This document shows positions 1 through 6,398 of a stretch of DNA of 12,825 nt, one piece after another. The first letter of the stretch is position 1. Each line of letters begins with the position of its first letter. The notes beneath the pieces were generated by a model. The model was not told where the DNA came from. It saw only the letters and a program-made list of their open reading frames with translations, and made no database searches. The position numbers and the translations under genes are program-made. The stretch is taken from positions 125,727 to 138,551 of the forward strand of contig BTVY01000011.1 in assembly GCA_045863335.1 (NCBI GenBank), read 5' to 3'. This DNA is from Candidatus Hydrogenedentota bacterium. Its GTDB lineage: Bacteria; Hydrogenedentota; Hydrogenedentia; Hydrogenedentales; SLHB01.

Positions 1-1
1 G

Positions 2-163
2 CCGGCTGCGAAGAAGAAGGCAGCGGCGAAGAAGAAACCCGCTGCGAAGAAGAAGGCAGCGGCGAAGAAGAAACCCGCTGCGAAGAAGAAGGCAGCGGCG
101 AAGAAGAAGCCGGCTGCGAAGAAGAAGGCAGCGGCGAAGAAGAAACCCGCTGCGAAGAAGAAG
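2..163 (+). repeat. 36-bp coding tandem repeat, 4.5 copies
   Basis: Unit CC(G/C)GCTGCGAAGAAGAAGGCAGCGGCGAAGAAGAA(A/G) starts at 2, 38, 74 and 110, with a half copy at 146. Differences are only at synonymous positions. Confidence 0.95.
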
Positions 164-187
164 TCCGTCGCCCGTCGGCGCCGGTAA
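2..187 (+). CDS. 3' fragment of a histone H1-like Lys/Ala-rich protein or tail (5' truncated by window edge)
   Basis: Frame 2 reads (PAAKKKAAAKKK)x4-PAAKKKSVARRRR, then tandem stops TAA TAA (185-190). Absent from the ORF track because no start codon is in the window. Confidence 0.85.
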   Translation, partial: PAAKKKAAAKKKPAAKKKAAAKKKPAAKKKAAAKKKPAAKKKAAAKKKPAAKKKSVARRRR

Positions 188-192
188 TAAGC

Positions 193-369
193 GATCGGGG
201 TAACCCGAGTCTAGATGGTTCCGGTTCGAGCCGTCCCAGCCATTTACTGATACTGCACCGTAACAGTTGGCGGGAAGTCCGAAAGGACCGGTACCCGGTT
301 AAGTCGAAGTATTCGTGTGCACGTTAGGAAGCCGATGGCAGTATTCGGCGCCTGGCGTGCCTTTTTTTT
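193..369 (+). ncRNA. Candidate structured RNA or structured 3' trailer, family unrecognised
   Basis: GNRA-capped hairpins TCGGG-GTAA-CCCGA (195-208) and GTCC-GAAA-GGAC (277-288), the latter nested in CGGG/CCCG (271-274/294-297). Long-range stem GATACTGC/GCAGTATT (249-256/338-345). Stem ATGGTT/AGCCAT (215-220/238-243). Ends in T8. Confidence 0.4.
347..369 (+). terminator. Putative intrinsic terminator
   Basis: Short stem GGCGC/GTGCC (347-351/357-361) followed directly by 8 T (362-369). The stem is weak. Confidence 0.55.
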
Positions 370-405
370 GCGAGGTGTCGTCCGTTCGCGTAAGCTGACT
401 CCTCG

Positions 406-434
406 TTGCGCAGGGGGTGGCGTCCGTCTACACT
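406..434 (+). promoter_or_regulatory. Putative sigma70-type promoter for ispA
   Basis: TTGCGC (406-411), 17-bp spacer, TACACT (429-434). Confidence 0.5.
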
Positions 435-522
435 CAGATCGCGTCATAGTGAGGCGGCTGACGGTTCCCGGGTTGTCCCGGAAAACGCAGCGCCGGGGAC
501 CATTGAAGCAGGAGAATACAGG

Positions 523-1392
523 GTGTTAATTGCGGTGCCGGAATACCTGGCGAGTAAGGCGGCAAGAACTGAAGCCGCATTGGAACAGTGCTTTGCCGAG
601 TGGGTGGACGCCCCTGCGACGCTGCTGGAAGCCATGCGCTACAGTCTGTTCGCCGGCGGGAAGCGGCTACGCCCCGGGCTTGCCCTGGGCGCGTGCGAGA
701 TCGTCTGCGGCGACGACGCGCCCGCGTTGCCCGCCGCCTGCGCCCTCGAGATGATTCACACCTACTCTTTAATGCACGACGATCTGCCGTCCATGGACAA
801 CGACGATCTCCGGCGCGGAAAACCAACGGCGCACCGGGTCTTCGGCGAGGCCATGGCGATTCTCGGGGGGGATGCTTTATTGACGATGGCGTTCGACGTA
901 GCCGCGAGTTCGGGTGACGCGCGTGTGGTCCGGGAAATCGCACAGGCCGCCGGTGTCGCCGGGATGGTGGGCGGACAGGTCATCGATTTGGAAAGCGAAG
1001 GAAAGCGTCTTTCCGTCGACGAATTGAAAGGACTTCACGCGCGCAAGACCGGCGCGCTCATCCGCGTATCCGTACGCGCCGGCGCGCTGTTGGGCGGCGC
1101 GAACGACGAAGCTATGGGCGCATTGACCGCCTACGGCGACCATATCGGGCTCGCGTTTCAGATTGCAGACGACGTACTCGACGTCATTGGTACGGAAGCG
1201 GCCCTGGGTAAACCCATCGGCAGCGACATTGCGCGCGACAAATCGACCTATCCCGCGGCTGTTGGGCTGGACCGCGCGCGCACATTAGGCGAGGAGTCCG
1301 TCGCGGCTGCCATCGGTGCGCTAGAGGTGTTCGGTCCCGAGGCAGACGCGTTCCGCGCGCTTGCGCGATACATCATGGACCGGGACCGGTAG
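523..1392 (+). CDS. ispA: Short-chain polyprenyl diphosphate synthase (FPP/GGPP synthase), 289 aa
   Basis: GGKRLRP, first Asp-rich motif HTYSLMHDDLPSMDNDDLRRG with Tyr five residues before DD (short-chain type), GQVID, KTGAL and second motif FQIADDVLD. Start moved from 406 to GTG 523 because AGGAG lies at 510-514. Confidence 0.92.
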   Translation: MLIAVPEYLASKAARTEAALEQCFAEWVDAPATLLEAMRYSLFAGGKRLRPGLALGACEIVCGDDAPALPAACALEMIHTYSLMHDDLPSMDNDDLRRGKPTAHRVFGEAMAILGGDALLTMAFDVAASSGDARVVREIAQAAGVAGMVGGQVIDLESEGKRLSVDELKGLHARKTGALIRVSVRAGALLGGANDEAMGALTAYGDHIGLAFQIADDVLDVIGTEAALGKPIGSDIARDKSTYPAAVGLDRARTLGEESVAAAIGALEVFGPEADAFRALARYIMDRDR

Positions 1393-1408
1393 CGCCGTAT
1401 TCCACGGA

Positions 1409-2059
1409 CTAGCCCAGCAGCGACTGAACCGCTCCCGCGATTTCCGCCGGCGTGTCTACAAAGGCATCGGCTCCGGCCAACTCCTCCCATGTTCCGAACC
1501 CGTACGTGACGGCAACGGCACGCCCTCCGAATGCTCGCGCACTTTCAATGTCATCGTTGCGGTCGCCGACGACTGCGAAGCGGTCAGTAGGCGTTTGGTC
1601 AAGAATAGTCCTGACGATTTCAACCTTGCTGGCAAACCGCGTACCCCTGCAAAGCGCGGGGGAGAAGTAGTCCTGCAGATTCTGCGTCGACAGCGTTTCC
1701 TCGAAATAATCTTCCGGCGCATTGGACGACATGGCCAGCCGGAATCCTGAGTCGCGTAACTCGTTTAGCATTTCGCGTACGCCGGGAAACAGGCAACCCG
1801 CCTCTCCGATAAGCTCGAGTTCCCGGCGATCCGTTTCCGCCACGATCTCGTGCACCCGGTCCCGCTCGCAAAACCCCGCCAGCCAGGCATGGTACTCCGC
1901 GGCGGGCCTCCCGATGTACGCGCCAATCTCTTCCGCGTCCGGCACCGGTAGTCCATTGGCGGCGAAGGTCTCCTGCACGGCAGGGATCGTTACCCGCCGC
2001 GCCTGAAACAGCGTGCCGTCGAGGTCGAAGATCACGAGCTTGTTATTCGAAGTCTGCAT
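1409..2059 (-). CDS. HAD-superfamily phosphatase (phosphoglycolate phosphatase-like), 216 aa
   Basis: Motif I IFDLDGTL, motif II MSSN, motif III Lys (SKVE), motif IV VGDRNDD. AAGGGAGAG precedes the ATG. Confidence 0.9.
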   Translation of the reverse strand: MQTSNNKLVIFDLDGTLFQARRVTIPAVQETFAANGLPVPDAEEIGAYIGRPAAEYHAWLAGFCERDRVHEIVAETDRRELELIGEAGCLFPGVREMLNELRDSGFRLAMSSNAPEDYFEETLSTQNLQDYFSPALCRGTRFASKVEIVRTILDQTPTDRFAVVGDRNDDIESARAFGGRAVAVTYGFGTWEELAGADAFVDTPAEIAGAVQSLLG

Positions 2060-2129
2060 TACTCTCCCTTCGCGCTATCGTTCAGAACCACCGATTCTAC
2101 TCATTCGAGGCGGGAGGAAAAAGGGCGCT

Positions 2130-2158
2130 TAGACTCGGCGTGTACGCTGTGGTATGCT
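2130..2158 (+). promoter_or_regulatory. Putative extended -10 promoter of the RLP operon
   Basis: TAGACT (2130-2135), 17-bp spacer, TATGCT (2153-2158) with TG at 2150-2151. GAGGGG (2178-2183) lies 8 nt before GTG 2192. Confidence 0.55.
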
Positions 2159-2191
2159 CGATCCATCCAGGTTATTCGAGGGGTTGGGAAC

Positions 2192-3622
2192 GTGGGATTG
2201 AATATCGTCGACAAGGATTCCGCGCAGATTCTGTGGCAGGACGTGGACGCGCGGGAAGCGTTAATCCGCCGAATCGTCAGCGAGCGACTGGCAGAATCGC
2301 CACCGCCGATCCTCGACGATTATATCGTCGCCACCTACTTCTTCGCGCTGCGCTCCACCAAACTCGAAGGCGCCGCGGAGGAAATCAGCTATCTCGCCGC
2401 CAGCGGGGTGAAGAATCCGCCTCCGGGTTCTCTGCTCGACCAGTGTTCTGCGAAGCCTGCGGGCGTCGACGCGTTTGACAGCACCGGACGTCTCGGGCTG
2501 GCGCACGTTGCCTTCCCGCTCAAGATGATGGTCCAACCGGATGGACATCTCACGTCCTGCGACGTGCTGCATACCCTTGCGGGCGCCGGAATCTTCGACC
2601 TCTACGAACGGCAAGACGCGCGGCTCGTCGCGATCCAAATGCCGGAACACATTATCCGGACCTTTCCCGGGCCCGCGTACGGTCCTGCCGGCGTGCGCGC
2701 ACGAACCGGCTTTGCGCCCGACCAGCCCGCCTTCGGCACCATTCTCAAACCCACCGCCGGGATTACGCCCGACGATGTGGAGTTTCTCGTCGCGGAAGCG
2801 GCCCAGTGCCCGCTCTTCCTGTTCGTGAAAGAGGACGAGGACTTGTATCCCAACCTCGACTATTCCCCCGTGGCTGAGCGCGCGCGCCGCGCCGCCGCGG
2901 CGATTGAGCGCGCGAAGGACGCGCGTAGCGGGTTGGGTCTGCTCTTCGCCTCCCACATTACTGGCGCGCCTCACGAAATCCTGGATACGGCGCATGCCGC
3001 GCTGGAAGCGGGCGCAACCGCGCTCATGTTCAGCGAAACCTTCGCAACCGGTGCGGTACGCATGGTGCGCGAAGCCACGAAGCACCTGGAGACGCCTCCC
3101 GCCATCTACGGTCACAACGCAGGAATCGGCGTCAAATCGCGCGCCATCTGGCGGGAGGTGATCGACCTCTTCGCCCGGCTCGACGGGATCGACTTCCGGC
3201 AGACCGCGCCGCTCAAGGCAGGCGAGCCTTTCCTGCGCCCCTATGGCGACGAGTGGCGGGCTTCGGAAGACGCCTTGTCCGCGCCGTTGCCCGGCATTCG
3301 ACCGACCATGATCGTCCGCGCGGGCGGATTGGATCAGGGAAACATCGGTCTAAACTTGCAGGATGTGGATGCCCGCGGCATCACCGAGGGCGTCTTGTTC
3401 CTCGCCGGTTCCGCCATTAACTCCATCAAGAACGACGAAGGCAAGACCGATCCGAAGCGCGGCGCTGAAGCCATGATGCAGGCCCTCGACGTTCATCAGA
3501 GTGGGGAATTGAACGGCGTGCCCGCGGAGGAGCATACCGGCGCGCTGGCGGGTGTCGCCGAGCGAAGGAAATTAACTGCGCTCTCTGCGGCGCTGAAGCA
3601 ACGGTATCCGGGGTTGTTGTGA
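2192..3622 (+). CDS. RuBisCO-like protein (form IV, RLP), divergent, 476 aa
   Basis: RuBisCO large-subunit landmarks in order: YIVATY, HVAFP, FPGPAYGPAGVR, FGTILKP, FVKEDE (carbamylated Lys and Mg ligands, nt 2828-2839), IYGHNA, ARLDGID, RAGGL, FLAGSAI. Several carboxylase-essential residues are replaced. Confidence 0.9.
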   Translation: MGLNIVDKDSAQILWQDVDAREALIRRIVSERLAESPPPILDDYIVATYFFALRSTKLEGAAEEISYLAASGVKNPPPGSLLDQCSAKPAGVDAFDSTGRLGLAHVAFPLKMMVQPDGHLTSCDVLHTLAGAGIFDLYERQDARLVAIQMPEHIIRTFPGPAYGPAGVRARTGFAPDQPAFGTILKPTAGITPDDVEFLVAEAAQCPLFLFVKEDEDLYPNLDYSPVAERARRAAAAIERAKDARSGLGLLFASHITGAPHEILDTAHAALEAGATALMFSETFATGAVRMVREATKHLETPPAIYGHNAGIGVKSRAIWREVIDLFARLDGIDFRQTAPLKAGEPFLRPYGDEWRASEDALSAPLPGIRPTMIVRAGGLDQGNIGLNLQDVDARGITEGVLFLAGSAINSIKNDEGKTDPKRGAEAMMQALDVHQSGELNGVPAEEHTGALAGVAERRKLTALSAALKQRYPGLL

Positions 3623-4695
3623 TTCAGAAGGAAAAACGGCTGCTGAGGATCGGGGTATTGGGCTGTGGCCCCATCGCCCAATTCGCCCATTTCGACGCAT
3701 GCCGCAAGGGCCGCAACACCGAATTGTATGCCATCTGCGACGCCGCCCCCGACCTGCTCGCCAAGATGAAGGCCATTCACGAGCCGCAAGTCGCCTATGA
3801 GCGATTTGACGCCATGCTCGCCGACCCCAACGTCGATGCGGTCATCATCGCAACCTCCGACGCCTTCCATGTTCCCTTGTGCCGCCAGGCCATCGCCGCG
3901 GGGAAGCATGTGCTTGTCGAGAAACCGCTCGGCGTCTGCGTGGAAGAATGCGAAGCGCTGTGCGAAGAAGTGCGCGCCGCGTCACTCGTGCTTCAAGTCG
4001 GCACCAACCGGCGATTCGACCCCGGTGTGACCTTCGCGCACCGTTTCATCCGGGGGGAAATGGGGGGCCTGATGGCCTACAAAGGTTGGTACTGCGATTC
4101 GACGCTCCGCTACACGATGACCGACAATCTGCAACCGCTCCCCATCACCAGCGCCCAGGCGCGCCGTCCTGGAGGCGATCCCAAGGCGAACAAGCGCCAA
4201 TACTTCATGCTGGCCCACGGCAGCCATCTGGTCGATACCGCGCGCTTTCTTGCGGGTCCCATCGACGCGGTACAAGCGCGCCTCGTCGAGCGCTTCGACG
4301 CATACTGCTGGTTCGTCAACGTTGATTTTACCGACAGAAGCGTGGGGCATCTGGACCTGACCGTTCCACTGCGCGGCGATTTCCGCGAAGGTTTTCAGAT
4401 CTACGGCGAGTTTGGCAGCGTCTTCGGCGACGTCCCCCTGCCCTGGTATTACAAGAGTGGTACCGTCGAGTGTTTCTCGGTAAGGGATCGTCAGGTCCGG
4501 CGCGTTATCGGGGAAGACGCGTTTACATACAAGTTGCAGTTAGAGGGGTTTGCCGACGCGGTGCTCCATGGTATCCCCATGCTGGGCGCCGATGTCGAAG
4601 ATGGAACCGCAGGGGTGCGCGCCATGGTGGCCATCGCGCGATCCGTCGAAACGGGGGAAAGGGTGCGTCTCCAGGACGTATCCGGGCAGGTCTAG
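3619..4695 (+). CDS. Gfo/Idh/MocA-family NAD(P)-dependent oxidoreductase, 358 aa
   Basis: Rossmann motif IGVLGCGPIA, AGKHVLVEKP, NRRFDP and HGSHLVD. GTGA start/stop overlap with the RLP gene. Confidence 0.93.
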   Translation: MIQKEKRLLRIGVLGCGPIAQFAHFDACRKGRNTELYAICDAAPDLLAKMKAIHEPQVAYERFDAMLADPNVDAVIIATSDAFHVPLCRQAIAAGKHVLVEKPLGVCVEECEALCEEVRAASLVLQVGTNRRFDPGVTFAHRFIRGEMGGLMAYKGWYCDSTLRYTMTDNLQPLPITSAQARRPGGDPKANKRQYFMLAHGSHLVDTARFLAGPIDAVQARLVERFDAYCWFVNVDFTDRSVGHLDLTVPLRGDFREGFQIYGEFGSVFGDVPLPWYYKSGTVECFSVRDRQVRRVIGEDAFTYKLQLEGFADAVLHGIPMLGADVEDGTAGVRAMVAIARSVETGERVRLQDVSGQV

Positions 4696-4697
4696 TC

Positions 4698-5576
4698 ATG
4701 CACGTAGGGATTTTCGCCAAGACATTTCAACGGCCAACTCTGGAAGCGATATTGGATTCCGTGCAGCAACACGGCATTCGCTCTGTCCAGTTCAACATGA
4801 GTTGCGCGGGTTTGCCATCCCTTCCCGAGTTCATCGAAAACGATCTCGCCGATCAAATCGGCGAAGCCTTGCGCGCCCGCGGCATTGTCATGGCCGCCGT
4901 GTCGGGCACGTTTAACATGATCCATCCGGACCATCAGACGCGGACAGACGGCCTTACGCGGTTGGGTGAACTGGCGAGGGTGTGCAAGCGCTTGGGAACG
5001 TCCATCGTAACGCTTAGCACGGGAACCCGCGATCCCAAAGACATGTGGCGCCGGCACCGCGACAACGATTCGCCTGGCGCATGGGCGGACATGCGCGCCG
5101 CCATGGCCGAAGCCCTGCACATTGCAGCGCAGTACCAGCTCAATTTCGCCTTCGAGCCTGAGCTGTCCAACGTGGTCGATTCCGCGAAGAAAGCCCGGCG
5201 CCTGCTCGACGAGATGCATTCCTCGAATCTCAAAGTCGTCATCGACCCCGCGAATCTTTTTCATGAAGGCGATCTGCCGCGTATGGCGGAAATCCTCGAC
5301 GAGGCCTTCGATCTGCTTGGTGACGCCATCATTCTGGCCCACGCCAAGGATTTGAGCCAGGACGGCGCGGCTGGCAACCAGGCGGCGGGCACCGGCCGGC
5401 TCGACTATGACCGGTATATCGGATTGCTGGAACGAATCGGGTATCACGGACCGCTCATCCTGCACGGGCTCACAGAGGACCAGGTCGATGGTAGCGTAGC
5501 CTTTCTCCGAGGCAAGCTTGACGCGCTTAAAGCACACGCGGAGCGCGATCGGGAGCAGACGGATGCCGGCGTTTGA
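4698..5576 (+). CDS. Sugar-phosphate isomerase/epimerase, xylose-isomerase-like (AP endonuclease 2) TIM barrel, 292 aa
   Basis: FEPE, VIDPANL, AHAKD, AGTGRLDY and GYHGPLIL motifs. Start moved from 4470 to ATG 4698, 2 nt after the upstream stop. Confidence 0.88.
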   Translation: MHVGIFAKTFQRPTLEAILDSVQQHGIRSVQFNMSCAGLPSLPEFIENDLADQIGEALRARGIVMAAVSGTFNMIHPDHQTRTDGLTRLGELARVCKRLGTSIVTLSTGTRDPKDMWRRHRDNDSPGAWADMRAAMAEALHIAAQYQLNFAFEPELSNVVDSAKKARRLLDEMHSSNLKVVIDPANLFHEGDLPRMAEILDEAFDLLGDAIILAHAKDLSQDGAAGNQAAGTGRLDYDRYIGLLERIGYHGPLILHGLTEDQVDGSVAFLRGKLDALKAHAERDREQTDAGV

Positions 5577-6384
5577 TCGCGACAGTATCCACTTCAACTA
5601 CGTCGATACCGGTATCGGTTTGCCCTTCGTGTTTCAGCACGGTCTCGGCGGGGACGTTAACCAGCCGCTAGGATTCTTCGCCGATGTTCTCCAGGCAAGC
5701 CCGCCCTTTCGCATGATTTCCCTGGATTGCCGCGGTCACGGCGAGACGCGACCCCTTGGTCCGGAATCGAAACTGACTATTGAGCAGTTTGCTGACGACA
5801 TTGTCGCACTTCTGGACAACCTCGAGGTTTCCCAGACCGTGGTCGGCGGGATCTCCATGGGTGCGGCTATTTCGCTCAACCTCGCGCTGCACTATCCCGA
5901 GCGGATTCGCGGGCTCATCCTGTCGCGCCCTGCCTGGTTGGATCGGCCGGACCCGGAAAACCTGGCCATCCTGAAGCACGTTGCCGCGCTGATTCGCGAA
6001 CACGGCTGTGACGCCGGGCGTGAACGATTTCTCCAGTCCACGGAATACGCCGCGATCGTGGACGAGTCGCCCGACGTGGCCCAATCACTACTCAGTCAGT
6101 TCGAGCATCCACGCGCGGTGGAAACCGTGGCCAAGCTCGAGCGCATCCCGGCGGACGCGCCATGCCGGGACCGCGCTGAGTGGGCAAGCATCGCGGTTCC
6201 GGTCCTGGTGCTTGCCAACCGGCAGGATCCCATTCATCCCTTCGCCTTCGGCGAGATACTCGCAGCAGGGATTCCCGGAGCGGAGCTGCGCGAGGTTACA
6301 CCCAAATCCGTCGATGTCTCTTCCCACGAGAAGGACGTGCGAACATGCATCCTCGACTTCATCAACCGGCGAATCGACAACTAA
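5563..6384 (+). CDS. Alpha/beta-fold hydrolase, 273 aa
   Basis: FQHGLGG oxyanion loop, LDCRGHGET, nucleophile elbow GISMG (Ser98) and acid QDPIHP (Asp222). ATG 5563 with GGAG at 5552-5555; 14-nt overlap with the upstream gene. Confidence 0.9.
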   Translation: MPAFDRDSIHFNYVDTGIGLPFVFQHGLGGDVNQPLGFFADVLQASPPFRMISLDCRGHGETRPLGPESKLTIEQFADDIVALLDNLEVSQTVVGGISMGAAISLNLALHYPERIRGLILSRPAWLDRPDPENLAILKHVAALIREHGCDAGRERFLQSTEYAAIVDESPDVAQSLLSQFEHPRAVETVAKLERIPADAPCRDRAEWASIAVPVLVLANRQDPIHPFAFGEILAAGIPGAELREVTPKSVDVSSHEKDVRTCILDFINRRIDN

Positions 6385-6398
6385 CCCGCGAGGTGTTC

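Noticed and set aside
2-163. CRISPR array (36-bp periodicity)
   Set aside because: The units are contiguous with no unique spacers and translate as an in-frame peptide repeat.
214-242. tRNA 3' half (GGTTCGAG...CCA)
   Set aside because: A 5-bp T-stem cannot form around TTCGAGC, and no acceptor, D or anticodon arms are present.
247-292. Hammerhead ribozyme (CTGAT... and AGTCCGAAAGGAC resemble the core and stem II)
   Set aside because: The core reads CTGATAC rather than CTGANGA, is not adjacent to the stem, and no GAAA follows the stem.
2192-3622. Bona fide CO2-fixing RuBisCO or Calvin-cycle locus (RuBisCO + Rpe + phosphoglycolate phosphatase)
   Set aside because: Equivalents of K177, R295, H327, S379 and probably E60 and N123 are substituted, and there is no rbcS, phosphoribulokinase or activase in the window.
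4470-4697. Long N-terminal extensions in the ORF track for the TIM-barrel gene (also ispA from 406, hydrolase from 5518, epimerase from 6180, LOG from 11733, GT from 10074)
   Set aside because: They overlap upstream genes or promoters or precede the family domain. Downstream starts fit better with an SD or tight coupling.
4692-5597. Long antisense ORFs (4692-5597, 2261-3115, 8671-9534, 10678-11274, 11881-12465)
   Set aside because: They lie opposite well-supported genes and have no recognisable motifs. Such ORFs are expected in high-GC DNA.
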